Notes: a model not told the origin generated them from the sequence alone. Shown: positions 30,600-40,984, counted from the stretch's first letter. The stretch: 64,000 nucleotides of DNA from Vulcanimicrobiota bacterium (GCA_963695225.1 OY968762.1:2400001-2464000), one strand, 5' to 3'. Numbers and translations: made by a program.

Positions 30600-32396
30600 C
30601 TACTTCTCGATCTGGAAGCCCCATTGCGGGGTGACGTGGTAGTTTCCCCACCCGAAGGCGTAGGACCGGGTAAAGTCGAGCTGGATCGTCGGCGTGATCC
30701 GGACGCGGAGGTTCGCGGTCAACAGCTGAGGCGAGATGCCGTACGGCATGGGCACGTTCGTCCCCGGCTCGCTGGACGGCTGCGGGATCGGCACCGGGAA
30801 ATCGTGGTTGCTCCGATAGATGACGGAGGCGCTGATCCGCGTGCTCGGCACGAAGATCACGGAGGCCGTGAGCGAGCGGGTCGTGCCGAAGCCCTGGAAC
30901 GCCGCGTAGCCGGGATAGACTTCCCCGGTCGACGGGCTCGTCGCGATCGTCGGCGGATATGCCGCGAGTTGCTGCGCTCCGTAGTGATCCGAGGTTTGAA
31001 CGACGGTGTAGCCGATATACGCCGAGACGTGCCGGTCGAACGCCTTGCTCAACGTGCCCCCCGTCGAAAGCGTGTCGATGTAGTGCGGCGAGGAGAACCA
31101 CTGTCGCTGTCCGTCGATCGAGACGTTGAGCAGTGTATCGCGCGAGTGCTTGTCGCGGTTGAGCCGGAGCGGCGCCGAGTAGAGGGAGCCGCCCGCGAAG
31201 TGCTGCCACACCGACGGGTACGCGACGCCCCCGAGGCTCTGGATCGGCGTGATGCCGTTGTGCGTGAAGCCGAAGCCGGAGCGCAGTCGGAAGTAGGCGG
31301 GAACCTTGTTGATGCGGTGGTCGTACCCTTGCCACGTGAGGCTTGCGTCGACGGGGTGGTCCGGAGTCCACCCGTGAGTGGGATCGCCGTAGTAGGCGAG
31401 CGGCGCGGGGTCGGCGAGGAGGCTGTCGTAGTAGGCGTTCGCGTTGAGCTGCACGTACGACCGGCGCAGTGCCGTCGTGACCTGCAGGTGCGCGTACGCG
31501 CTTGCGGAGAGCGGCTGGGAGAGGCCGTGCTGGAACGCGTTCTCCTGCAGCAAGAACTGGACGCCGAGATTCGGCGAGAGGCGGTCGTACCCGATCACGT
31601 TGTACTGTTTCTCCGGCCGCGTCGCGGGGTTGATCGAAGTGACGACGTAGGACCGATCGCTGACGAAATGCTGCTCGAGCGCGCCGAAGAGCTTATCGGT
31701 CGAGTCGTAGCGGAGATGCGCCGTCGAAAGCGAGTGCGAACCGCCCGCAAACGTATACGGCACGTCGACGCTCGCGCCGCCGAGCGAATTCTGCGCGAAG
31801 TTCGGATTGTTCGAAAAGTTCAGGAAGTACTTCGGCGTCGGGATCCAGGCGAGCCCCGAGTTGATGGACGCGGGCGTAAAGCGCACGCTTTGCCGCGGCA
31901 CGATCGTCGCGCGCTCGGAGCGAATGAACGCGTGCTCGTCGCTCATGTCGGGAAGGTAGAAGACGTCGCCGGGCATCTCGCGCCCCAGCAGCGGGTGAGC
32001 GAAATCGCCGTCGACGAACGTCCAGCGATCGGGTTCGCTCGTGATCGGCAAGAAGTACGTGCGGCGGAAATCGAGGAACTCCGAAAACGCGGCGCCTTCG
32101 ATCGTCCGGTCGCCGAACGCCACGCGGACGTTCCCGGCGACGATGAAACGATTGAGCCGCAGATCCATTTGGAACGTGTTCCCGGTGACGCGCGTTCCGT
32201 CCGAGAGCCGCACGTCCACGTCGCCGTCGCCGACGATCACGAAGCGGTCCGCGTAGAACGTCACTTGCTTGGCGCCGAGCGAGAGCGCGTCGCGCGAAAC
32301 GTCGGCCGCTTGGGCGCGGGGCGCGACGAGCGCGAGCAGCGCCGCGAATGCGGCCAGCGCGACGAGGAAGCGCGGCGCGCCCGGGAAGCGGCTCAC
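30600..32396 (-). CDS. LptD/OstA-like outer-membrane protein, paralog A
   Basis: GTG 32396 overlaps the glf stop. LGAKQVTFYADRFVIVGDGDVDV....TRVTGNTFQMDL......AGNVRV, C-terminal QWGFQIEK. Confidence 0.58.
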   Translation of the reverse strand: MSRFPGAPRFLVALAAFAALLALVAPRAQAADVSRDALSLGAKQVTFYADRFVIVGDGDVDVRLSDGTRVTGNTFQMDLRLNRFIVAGNVRVAFGDRTIEGAAFSEFLDFRRTYFLPITSEPDRWTFVDGDFAHPLLGREMPGDVFYLPDMSDEHAFIRSERATIVPRQSVRFTPASINSGLAWIPTPKYFLNFSNNPNFAQNSLGGASVDVPYTFAGGSHSLSTAHLRYDSTDKLFGALEQHFVSDRSYVVTSINPATRPEKQYNVIGYDRLSPNLGVQFLLQENAFQHGLSQPLSASAYAHLQVTTALRRSYVQLNANAYYDSLLADPAPLAYYGDPTHGWTPDHPVDASLTWQGYDHRINKVPAYFRLRSGFGFTHNGITPIQSLGGVAYPSVWQHFAGGSLYSAPLRLNRDKHSRDTLLNVSIDGQRQWFSSPHYIDTLSTGGTLSKAFDRHVSAYIGYTVVQTSDHYGAQQLAAYPPTIATSPSTGEVYPGYAAFQGFGTTRSLTASVIFVPSTRISASVIYRSNHDFPVPIPQPSSEPGTNVPMPYGISPQLLTANLRVRITPTIQLDFTRSYAFGWGNYHVTPQWGFQIEK

Positions 32397-33502
32397 GGAG
32401 CGCCGAGCCTCGCCGCGGCGGCGAGCGCGGCGCCGGCGACTTGGTCCATATCGTAATACCGGTACTGTGCGAGGCGGCCGAGGAACGTCACCCCGGGCGT
32501 GCTCCGCGCGAGACTCTGGTATGCCTTGAAGGCCGTTTCGTTCTCCGGCGTCGGGATCGGGTAATACGGATCGCCGGCCGCCGAGGGATACTCGCGCACG
32601 ATCGAAGTACCGGCGGCCGTTTGACCCGTCAGATGCTTGAATTCGGTGATCCGCGTAAAGGTCTGTTCGTTCGGATAATTCACGGTCCCGACGGGCTGGA
32701 AGCGCTCGACGTGCGCGAGGTGCTCGTGCTCGAAACGAAGCGAGCGATACGGTAAGTGCCCGAGCGCGTAGGCGAAGTACCCGTCGATCGGCCCCGTGTA
32801 GACGAGATGCTCGTAGGCGATGCGCGCGCGCACGTCGGCGAGATCGGTCGACGTGCGAACCTCGATCCCCGGCCGGTCGAGCATTCGTTCGAAGAGCGCC
32901 GTGTAGCCGTCGCGCGGCATCGCCTGATACGCATCCGTGAAGTAGCGGTCGTCGGCGCTCGTGCGGACGGGGACGCGGGCGGCGACGCCGGCGGACAGCT
33001 TCTCCGGGGGCATCCCCCACTGTTTGGTCGTGTACCCGTAAAAGAACATCTCGTAGAGGCGCCGCCCGACGGCGTTCAGCACGAGATCTTCGCTCGTCCG
33101 CACGGGGTCGCGCGGTTCACGCAGGCTTTCGAGGAGCGCCTTCGCCGCCGCCTCGTCGAGCGCGCGGCCGAAGACCATCTCGAGCGTCGTGCGGTTGATC
33201 GGGAACGGGTAGAGCGTTCCGCCGACGGATGCGCGCACGCGGTGTTCGTACGGCCGCCAGGCCGTGAAGCGCGAGAGGTAGGCGAAGACGCGCTCGGAGT
33301 TCGTGTGGAAGATGTGCGGGCCGTAACGGTGCACGAGCACGCCGTGCGCATCGAGTTCGTCGTACGCGTTTCCGCCCACGTGCGGGCGGCGGTCGACGAC
33401 GAGGACGCGCCGCCCCGCCGCGGCGAGCCGTTCCGCGACGATCGCGCCCGCGAATCCGGCTCCGACGACGAGCACATCGTATCGATCGATCGTTCGGCGT
33501 AC
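32393..33502 (-). CDS. glf: UDP-galactopyranose mutase (start uncertain: GTA 33502 after SD, or GTG 33475)
   Basis: VVGAGFAG, HVGGNAYD, HRYGPHIFHTN, LPYRSLRF, TRITEFKH, PYYPIP, GRLAQYRYYDMDQ. Confidence 0.94.
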   Translation of the reverse strand, partial: VRRTIDRYDVLVVGAGFAGAIVAERLAAAGRRVLVVDRRPHVGGNAYDELDAHGVLVHRYGPHIFHTNSERVFAYLSRFTAWRPYEHRVRASVGGTLYPFPINRTTLEMVFGRALDEAAAKALLESLREPRDPVRTSEDLVLNAVGRRLYEMFFYGYTTKQWGMPPEKLSAGVAARVPVRTSADDRYFTDAYQAMPRDGYTALFERMLDRPGIEVRTSTDLADVRARIAYEHLVYTGPIDGYFAYALGHLPYRSLRFEHEHLAHVERFQPVGTVNYPNEQTFTRITEFKHLTGQTAAGTSIVREYPSAAGDPYYPIPTPENETAFKAYQSLARSTPGVTFLGRLAQYRYYDMDQVAGAALAAAARLGAP

Positions 33503-33513
33503 GGCCCGCGCTC

Positions 33514-34038
33514 CTACTCGAGGAGTTTCGCGTTCCGGTCCTTTTCGGAAAGGCGCGGCTCGCCTTCGATCGGCCAGACGATGCCGATCGCGGGATCGTT
33601 CCAGCGCACGCAGAACTCGCGGCTCGGATCGTGCAGTGCGCCGTGCTTGTACGCGAAGACGACGTCGTCGGCGAGCGCGAGAAATCCGTGCGCGAAGCCG
33701 CGCGGCACGTAGAGTTGCACGTGGTTGTGCTCGCTGAGGATGAAGCCTTGCCACAGGCGGTACGTGGGCGAGCCTTCGCGCAGATCGACGATGACGTCCC
33801 AGATGCGGCCGCGCACGCATTGCACGAGCTTGCTCATCTGCGGGTCGCCGTGCAGCCCCCGGATCACGTTTCGCGTCGAGAAGGAGACACTATCCTGGAC
33901 GAACTCGTCGGCGAGGCCCAGCGCGCGGTATTTCGCGGTCGAATAGGTCTCTTTGAAGAACCCTCGGTCGTCCTCGAATACCTCGGGTACGAAGAGCCGG
34001 GCATCCTGAAAGCGGGTCGCTCGAACCTCGATGGGCAT
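33514..34038 (-). CDS. rfbC: dTDP-4-dehydrorhamnose 3,5-epimerase
   Basis: DDRGFFKE, FVQD..S.S...VIRGLH, KLV.CVRG.IWDVIVDLR..SPTY, VPRGFAHGF. Confidence 0.94.
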   Translation of the reverse strand: MPIEVRATRFQDARLFVPEVFEDDRGFFKETYSTAKYRALGLADEFVQDSVSFSTRNVIRGLHGDPQMSKLVQCVRGRIWDVIVDLREGSPTYRLWQGFILSEHNHVQLYVPRGFAHGFLALADDVVFAYKHGALHDPSREFCVRWNDPAIGIVWPIEGEPRLSEKDRNAKLLE

Positions 34039-34134
34039 TACGGTCGGGCTTACGCGGCAGCCTTGCGCGACCCTTCGCGCTGCGAACGCAGCGAGCGGGA
34101 GGCATCGAAGGCCCGAGTCCGAAGCGCGCTATAA

Positions 34135-35261
34135 ATGTCGCGTTGCCTGGTTATCGTCATCGATTCCGGCGGGATCGGCGCGTTGCCCGATGCCGCGCTG
34201 TATGGGGATAGTCCGGGCGCGAACACGATCGGGAACGTCGCGGAGGGCTGCGGCGGCCTGCACCTCCCAAACCTGGCGCAGCTCGGGCTCGGCTTGCTGA
34301 CCGGCGTTCGCGGAATCGAGAATCCCGCGCATCCCGCCGCATTCGTAGCGCGTTTGGCGGAGTCGTCGAAGGGCAAGGATACGATCACGGGCCATTGGGA
34401 GATGGCCGGGATTCATACGGACGTCCCGTTTCCCACGTATCCGAGCGGTTTCCCCGCCGAGATCGTCGATGCGTTCGCAGCGATCTGCGGTCGCGCGCCC
34501 CTCGGGAACGTCGCGGCCTCGGGGACGGAGATCATCGAACGGCTCGGCGCCGAACACCTGGCGACGGGCCGCCCGATCCTCTATACCTCGGCCGATTCCG
34601 TCTTCCAGGTCGCCGCGCACGAGCAGGTCGTTCCCCTCGCGACTTTGTACGAGTGGTGTGAACGAGCGCGGATCATGCTCGTTCCGCCGAACAACGTCAA
34701 CCGGGTGATCGCCCGGCCGTTCGTCGGCGTGCCCGGGTCCTTCAGGAGGACGGCGAATAGACACGATTTCGCGCTCGATCCCCCTGCGAACATCCTCGAC
34801 AAGCTGCAAGCCGCGGGGACGGCCGTCCACGCGGTAGGGAAGATCAGTGATATCTACGGAGGTCGCGGTGTCACGTCATCCGTGCGCGTCGCCGATAACG
34901 ATGAAGCCATGCTCCGCACCGGCGAACTGCTGGAGCATGTCGACCGGGGACTCATTTTCGTGAACCTGAACGATTTCGACACGAAATACGGGCACCGGCG
35001 GGACGTTCGCGGCTACGGTGCGGCGCTCGAGCGCTTCGACCTCGGCTTGCCCGCCGTCCAGCGCTTGCTCAAGCCGGGGGACATCGCGATTCTGACCGCC
35101 GACCACGGCTGCGACCCCACCGCCCCCGGATCGGACCACACGCGCGAGTTCGTCCCCTTCATCGAGTTCGGAACTCGCTGCGGCTCGGGGGGACGATCGC
35201 CGGCCTCGATATCGTCGGCCGGCGCGCCTTGGACGTATTGACGGAGGCGCAGCGTGGTTGA
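34135..35261 (+). CDS. deoB: Phosphopentomutase with an apparent frameshift near 35184-35192 (unshifted ORF stops at 35241)
   Basis: DSGGIG..PDA, GKDTITGHWE, YTSADSVFQVAAHE, NLNDFD..YGHRRD, TADHGCDP...DHTRE. The alternate frame gives LGGTIAGLDIVG... ending at TGA 35261. Confidence 0.9.
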
Positions 35262-35949
35262 GGTCCAGGACCGCCCGGTCGCGGCCCCTCCGGCGCTAGC
35301 TCCTCGGGCCGCGCGGACCCGGGTCACCGGGCGGCGCTCCGTGCCTGCGAGCTGGTGGTCGGCAAAGCGTGCGATCGACGTGACGCTCGGGGCCGTCGGC
35401 GTCGTCGCGGCCGCTCCGATCGTGGCGCTCGCCGCGGCCGCGATCGTCTGCGTCTCGCCGGGCTCCCCGTTCTTCTGCCAGGATCGAGTCGGTCAAAACG
35501 GCCGCCGCTTCCGCCTCTACAAACTGCGGACGATGGTCGACGGCGCGCACCTCCGGCACGACGAGCTGCGCCCTTATAGCGAGGTGAGCGGGCCCGTCTT
35601 CAAGATGCGCAACGATCCGCGGCTCCACTTGCTCGGCCGCTTCTTGCGGCGCACGAGCATCGACGAGCTCCCCAACCTCGTCAACGTGCTGCGTGGGGAA
35701 ATGTCGCTCGTCGGCCCGCGCCCGCCGCTCCCTTCGGAGGTCGCGTTCTACGACGATTTCGCCCGGCGGCGCCTCACCGTGAAGCCCGGCATCACGTGCC
35801 TGTGGCAGATCGGCGGCCGCTCGAACGTTTCGTTCGACGAATGGATGCGCCTCGACAACGAGTACGTCGACACGTGGACGCCGCTTGGAGATCTCGAGAT
35901 CATCGCCCGGACATTGCCGGCGGTCGTCAGGGGGGAAGGCGCGCATTAG
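35254..35949 (+). CDS. Priming sugar transferase (Bac_transf, phosphoglycosyltransferase)
   Basis: KRAIDV, KLRTM, DPR...GRFLRRTSIDELP.L.NVLRGEMSLVGPRP, KPGITCLWQ. Confidence 0.92.
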   Translation: MVEVQDRPVAAPPALAPRAARTRVTGRRSVPASWWSAKRAIDVTLGAVGVVAAAPIVALAAAAIVCVSPGSPFFCQDRVGQNGRRFRLYKLRTMVDGAHLRHDELRPYSEVSGPVFKMRNDPRLHLLGRFLRRTSIDELPNLVNVLRGEMSLVGPRPPLPSEVAFYDDFARRRLTVKPGITCLWQIGGRSNVSFDEWMRLDNEYVDTWTPLGDLEIIARTLPAVVRGEGAH

Positions 35950-37558
35950 GCCGACGCTTCGCGCGGTCCCTTCGCCGCCGAACCGTCGCTCAGTCGCCGG
36001 CTCGACCTTCCTCGTCATGGCCGCTACCGCGGTGTCGACGCTGCTCGGTTTCGGTCGCGAGATCGTCACCGCGCACTACTACGGGACGAGCGCCGCGATG
36101 GACGCGTTCGTCAATGCGTCCACCATCCCGACGATCCTCTTCGGCGTCTTCAACGGGGCGCTCGTGAGCGCGCTCGTCCCTACGTTCAGCGAGTACCTGG
36201 CGCAAGGGCGCGACGACGAGGTCCGAAAGCTCGGCAGCACGGTCTTCAACGCGCTGCTCTTCGCGCTGACGGGGCTCGCCGTGCTGGGCTGGGTGCTGGC
36301 GCCGGTTTTCGTGCCCGTGATCGCGCACGGCTTCGACGCGCAGGAGCAAGGGCTCGTCGTCCGGATGGTGCGCTGGTTGATGCCGAGCATCGTCGCGACC
36401 AGCCTCGCCGGCGTCTGTGCCGCGCTCCTCAACGCGAACCATCGCTTCCTCGCGCCGGCGCTCCAGGGCGTTGCGATTAACGTGGTCACGATCGGCCTCG
36501 TCGTCGCCCTCAATCGCGAACTCGGGATCTTCGCGCTCGTCCTCGGGTCCTCGCTCGGGCTCGCGGCCCAGTTGCTCGTGCAAGTCCCGTCGATCCTGAG
36601 GAACGGCCTCTACCGGTTCGAACTCAACTTGCGCCACCCCGGGCTCGCGAAAACGTGGACGTTTCTGGCTCCGATCGTGATGGGGTCGGCCGCCGGCCAA
36701 ATCAATCTAGCTTTCGATCGCTACTTCGCCTCGACGCTCAGCGAGGGCTCGACGGCCGGGATGAGCTATGCCACGAAGCTCGCGTTCCTGCCGATCCAGA
36801 TCGTCGCGGCCGCGATCGCGACCGTCATCTTTCCGTTGATCGCGAGCCAGTTCGCGACGTCCAACCGGGTCGGGATCCGCCGCAGCGTCTCCCTCGGGCT
36901 GCGCATGGTCAGCTTCATCGCGATTCCGTCCGCCGCCGGCTTGAGCGTGCTCGCGTATCCGATCGTCCAGACGCTCTTCGAACGCGGCGCATTCGGGCCG
37001 GGAGCGACCGCGCTCTGCGCGAGCCTCGTACCGTTCGCCTGCACGCAGTTGATCGCGATCTCGTACAATACCGTGCTCGTGCGCGCGTGCTACGCCTGTC
37101 AGGAAGCGCGCTGGACCGTCCTTGCCTCCATCTGCGCGGTCGCGATCAACATCGGGCTCTCGATCACGTGGTTGCCGATCCTCGGCGCCCGCGGCTTGCT
37201 GCTCGCGAACGGCGTCAGCCAATTCCTGCAGACCGTGTTCTTGATCGTCCTCTTGTGGCGCTTGATCCAAGGCTTCGAGTGGCAGCCGCTGTTCTCGTCG
37301 ATCGTGCGCATCTCGCTCGCGTCGCTCGTGATGGTCGGCGCGCTCTACTGGATCGGCTCGCTCGGGTTCGTTCCCTCGCCGGCGCTGGCCTCGCGTGCGT
37401 GGTATCTGGCGGGCGTGCTCGCCATCGCCGCGACGGTGTTCCTCGCGGTTTCGCGAGCGCTCGGCGTGGAAGAGTTGACAATCGTGGTTCGGATGATCGT
37501 GCAGAAGTTCGAGCGCGGAGCGGTCAGCCCGCCTGAGAACCGCGGACCGCTCGCTTGA
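35945..37558 (+). CDS. murJ: MurJ/MviN-family flippase (start uncertain: ATT 35945 or ATG 36017)
   Basis: LLGFGRE...A.YYGT...DAF, ALVPTF, DRYFAS.L..G, LFERGAF. Confidence 0.88.
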   Translation: MRPTLRAVPSPPNRRSVAGSTFLVMAATAVSTLLGFGREIVTAHYYGTSAAMDAFVNASTIPTILFGVFNGALVSALVPTFSEYLAQGRDDEVRKLGSTVFNALLFALTGLAVLGWVLAPVFVPVIAHGFDAQEQGLVVRMVRWLMPSIVATSLAGVCAALLNANHRFLAPALQGVAINVVTIGLVVALNRELGIFALVLGSSLGLAAQLLVQVPSILRNGLYRFELNLRHPGLAKTWTFLAPIVMGSAAGQINLAFDRYFASTLSEGSTAGMSYATKLAFLPIQIVAAAIATVIFPLIASQFATSNRVGIRRSVSLGLRMVSFIAIPSAAGLSVLAYPIVQTLFERGAFGPGATALCASLVPFACTQLIAISYNTVLVRACYACQEARWTVLASICAVAINIGLSITWLPILGARGLLLANGVSQFLQTVFLIVLLWRLIQGFEWQPLFSSIVRISLASLVMVGALYWIGSLGFVPSPALASRAWYLAGVLAIAATVFLAVSRALGVEELTIVVRMIVQKFERGAVSPPENRGPLA

Positions 37559-38669
37559 CGCCCATCCCGCGCGCCGCGCGCGCAAGCTTCGCATCGCGGA
37601 CGATGCGCGCGACCGCGGGTTTTTCCAGCGCGGCCACGATGCGTTCGGCCGCATCGCCGAAGCCGAACAGCGGCGGGTGCGCCGCGGGGACGACAGGGGT
37701 TTCGTCCAAGAAGCGGGCGATCTGCTCCGGATCGGCGCCTACCAAGCGATTCCATCCCGCGTCGACCGTGTTCGTCCACTCCGTCGTATCCCGCAACGTC
37801 ACGCACGGACGCTCCGCGAAATACGCTTCGCGCTGCACGCCGCCGGAATCCGTGAAGATGACGCGCGCGTTCCGCTCCGCCTCGACCATCTGCAAGTAGC
37901 CGAACGGTTCGAACGGGACGATCTTCGGCCCGAGTTCGATGCCGAACTCCGCGATGCGCGCGCGCGTGCGCGGATGAATCGGGAAGATGACGGGATAGCG
38001 GGCCGCGTCGAACGCGCGAACGATGGCCGTCAATCGTGTGCGGTCGTCCGTGTTCTCGCTGCGGTGGATCGTGAGTAGATCGTAGGGCGCTCCGGCGAGC
38101 GCGGCGGCGGCCGGCGGGAGCCCGCCGAGCGCGTGTGGGAGCGATGCGCGGTAGATGTCGTACATCACGTCGCCGACGACGTAGACGCCGCGGCGGATCC
38201 CCTCGTGCGCGATTCGTTCCGCGGTCGCGTCGTCGACGACGAGGCAAACGTCGGCCAAGTGATCGGCGACGACGCGGTTGATCTCCTCGGGCATCGTGCG
38301 ATCGAAGGAACGCATCCCCGCTTCGATGTGCACGAGAGGGAGCAAGAGCTGTTTGGCGACGATCGCGCCCGCGAGCGTACTGTTCGTATCGCCGCGTACG
38401 ATGACGAGGTCGGGTTGCACGTCCTCGATCGCCGCTGCGAGCTTCTCCATCATCTCGCCGCACTGGGCGCTCGCGGGCATCGAACCGATCCCGAGATTGA
38501 TTTCCGGCTCCGGGATCGCGAGCTCGTCGAAGAAACGCTCCGACATGTTCGCATCGTAATGCTGGCCGGTATGCACGAGCGTTTCCTCGTGCCTGCGCCT
38601 GACGGCGCGCGAAAGGACGGCGACCTGTACGAACTCCGGCCGTGCTCCGATGATCGAGACGATACGCAT
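37524..38669 (-). CDS. wecB: Non-hydrolysing UDP-GlcNAc 2-epimerase family (WecB/WbpI-like)
   Basis: GARPEF, VHTGQHYD, GDTNSTLAG, HIEAGMRS...MPEEINR, TDSGGVQREA, TLRDTTEW. Confidence 0.88.
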   Translation of the reverse strand: MRIVSIIGARPEFVQVAVLSRAVRRRHEETLVHTGQHYDANMSERFFDELAIPEPEINLGIGSMPASAQCGEMMEKLAAAIEDVQPDLVIVRGDTNSTLAGAIVAKQLLLPLVHIEAGMRSFDRTMPEEINRVVADHLADVCLVVDDATAERIAHEGIRRGVYVVGDVMYDIYRASLPHALGGLPPAAAALAGAPYDLLTIHRSENTDDRTRLTAIVRAFDAARYPVIFPIHPRTRARIAEFGIELGPKIVPFEPFGYLQMVEAERNARVIFTDSGGVQREAYFAERPCVTLRDTTEWTNTVDAGWNRLVGADPEQIARFLDETPVVPAAHPPLFGFGDAAERIVAALEKPAVARIVRDAKLARAARGMGVKRAVRGSQAG

Positions 38670-38850
38670 GCGCAGTGCCAGCCTTGGAACGCCGAAACTC
38701 CCGCAAAATGAGGACGTTCGTCCTACCTTTATGGCGAGGGCGGATCGACAACAGTTAGAATCACCTAAGAGGTATCCAGGGTGTCCGTTTCGCTACACCG
38801 GCCGTTCCGTCTTTTCGCCGGGTCCCCCCAAGAGAGGTCGCCCGTACCAG

Positions 38851-39984
38851 ATGATTCTCGACTCTCGGCGTTCCGTGTCGCTCGTCGCGCCGCTCGTAGG
38901 CGATAGAGAGATCCGTGCCGTCGAGCGCGTCATGCGCTCCGGCCAACTCGCCCAGGGTCCCGAAGTCGCGGCTTTCGAGCGCGAATTCGCGGCGGCGGTC
39001 GGTACCGCCCACGCGGTCGCGGTCAACTCCGGAACGGCGGCGATCCACGCCGCGCTCGAGGCGCTCGGGATCGGCGACGGGGACGAAGTCCTCACGACGC
39101 CGTTCACGTTCGCGGCGACGGCGACGCCGGTGCTCATGCAGCGCGCGCGCCCTCGCTTCGTCGATATCGACCCGCGCACGTTCAACCTCGACGCCGAGCG
39201 GGCGGCGGCGGCGGCGGGCGCTTCGACGAAGGCCTTCATCGGGGTCGACTTGTTCGGGCTTCCCTTTGATGCAAGCGGGCTGGGGGCTCTGGCATCCCGG
39301 GGCGTCGCCGTCGTGGAAGACGCGTGTCAGGCGATCGGCGCGTCGCGCGAAGGCGTTTTCGCCGGCGCGCGCGGGGTCGCTGCGGCGTTCTCGCTCTACG
39401 CGACGAAGAACTTGATGACGGGCGAAGGCGGCATGCTGACGACCGACGACGCGGCCGTCGCGGCCTCGGCCCGCCGCTTCCGGCAGCACGGGATGAGCGA
39501 ACAGTACGAGTACGTCTCGCTCGGATATAACTACCGGATGACGGATCTGATGGCGGCGATCGGCCGCGAGCAGCTCGGCCGCCTTCATCACGTGACCGAA
39601 GCCCGGCGCGCGAACGCCGCGTTCTACGATCGCGAACTCGCCGGCGTGGCCGGTCTCACGACGCCGTTCGTCCCGGCCGGCGTCGAGCACGCGTACCATC
39701 AATACACGATCCTCATCGATGGGAACCTGACCAAGAACGGTGCGGACCGCGGCGCGGTTCGCGCCGCGCTCGCTCGCGACGGAATCGCGAGCGGCATCTA
39801 CTATCCAACGACGTTGCCTTCGAATCGGTTGTTCGCGCAATTCGGCCACGGACCGGGGGATTTTCCGGTCGCCGAACGCGTGACGCAGCAGGTCCTTGCG
39901 CTACCGATTCATCCGAAGCTGACCTCTGAGGACCTTTCGTATGTCGGCCGGCGGCTTCGCGCCGCGGTCGGAGAGACGGAGTAA
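38851..39984 (+). CDS. DegT/DnrJ PLP aminotransferase (WbpE-like)
   Basis: VNSGTAA, PFTFAAT, EDACQAIG, SLYATKN..TGEGG, GYNYRM, VLALPIHP. Confidence 0.9.
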   Translation: MILDSRRSVSLVAPLVGDREIRAVERVMRSGQLAQGPEVAAFEREFAAAVGTAHAVAVNSGTAAIHAALEALGIGDGDEVLTTPFTFAATATPVLMQRARPRFVDIDPRTFNLDAERAAAAAGASTKAFIGVDLFGLPFDASGLGALASRGVAVVEDACQAIGASREGVFAGARGVAAAFSLYATKNLMTGEGGMLTTDDAAVAASARRFRQHGMSEQYEYVSLGYNYRMTDLMAAIGREQLGRLHHVTEARRANAAFYDRELAGVAGLTTPFVPAGVEHAYHQYTILIDGNLTKNGADRGAVRAALARDGIASGIYYPTTLPSNRLFAQFGHGPGDFPVAERVTQQVLALPIHPKLTSEDLSYVGRRLRAAVGETE

Positions 39985-39988
39985 CGCA

Positions 39989-40984
39989 ATGAAAGCGCTA
40001 CGGATAGGCGTTGTCGGATATGGTGCGATCGGCCGGCACCACGCCCGTAACCTGAACGGCCGCGACGATATCGTGTTCGTCGGCGTCGCCGACGAACAGC
40101 CCGAGGCGCGGGCAGCGGCGGCGGAGCTGGGCTACCGCACGTACTCGAGCGTCCAAGCGCTGATCGCAGCCGGGCTCGATGCCGTCGTCATTGCCGTCCC
40201 CACCTCGGAGCACGAAGCGGTGGCCGAGATCTTTGCCGACCGCTCGATCGCGATCTTGCTCGAGAAGCCGATCGCGCCCACTTTGGACGCCGCTCGCAGG
40301 GTGATCGCGCGTTGCTCGCAGCGCGGAGTCCCACTGATGATCGGCTACATCGAGCGCTACAATCCCGCGATGGAGGCCGTGCGCGATTTCGTCGCCGAGG
40401 GGAATCTCGGCCGCTTGATCAGCATGACCGCCCGCCGCGTCGGGGTATTCCCGCCGCGCATCAAGGACGCCAACGTCATCGTCGACATCAGCGTTCACGA
40501 CATCGATATCGTCGCGTTCATCACGAACGCGCGGCTCGAGTTGATCTCGGCGCAGGGCGGCATGGCCGTCCTCTCGGACCGGCTCGATTACGCTTCGCTG
40601 ATGCTCTCCGCCGCCGGTTGCGCCGTCTCAATCGAGACGAACTGGATCACGCCGGTGAAGATCCGCGAGCTCTCGATCACCGGGACGCACGGCTTCTGCC
40701 AGGTCGACTACATCACGCAGGACGCGCGCTTCGCACCGGGCCGCAGCTTCGAGCCGAGCGCCACGTACCAACAGCTTGTCGCGCAGTACACGGAGGGGAT
40801 GGTGCTCTCGCTCCCGGTGAACAAGCGCGAACCGCTCGCGCGGGAGCTCGAAGTCTTCATCAACGGCGTGCGCGGAGGGCCGCTCCCGGATCCGCGCCTC
40901 GCGATGGCTTCGCTGCGGATCGCGGAGGAGGCGACGGAGCTGATCCACAGCACGTTCAAGCCGAACATCGCGGTGATTGCTTGA
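39989..40984 (+). CDS. Gfo/Idh/MocA oxidoreductase (WbpB-like sugar 3-dehydrogenase)
   Basis: GVVGYGAIGRHH, LLEKPIA, GYIERYNP, DISVHDID. Confidence 0.85.
   Translation: MKALRIGVVGYGAIGRHHARNLNGRDDIVFVGVADEQPEARAAAAELGYRTYSSVQALIAAGLDAVVIAVPTSEHEAVAEIFADRSIAILLEKPIAPTLDAARRVIARCSQRGVPLMIGYIERYNPAMEAVRDFVAEGNLGRLISMTARRVGVFPPRIKDANVIVDISVHDIDIVAFITNARLELISAQGGMAVLSDRLDYASLMLSAAGCAVSIETNWITPVKIRELSITGTHGFCQVDYITQDARFAPGRSFEPSATYQQLVAQYTEGMVLSLPVNKREPLARELEVFINGVRGGPLPDPRLAMASLRIAEEATELIHSTFKPNIAVIA

Noticed and set aside
29280..32456. Long 1058-aa + strand ORF and similar long Arg/Ala-rich ORFs (e.g. 58993-61947, 42055-44133, 311-2284)
   Set aside because: Shadow ORFs of high-GC DNA overlapping well-supported genes, with no recognisable motifs.
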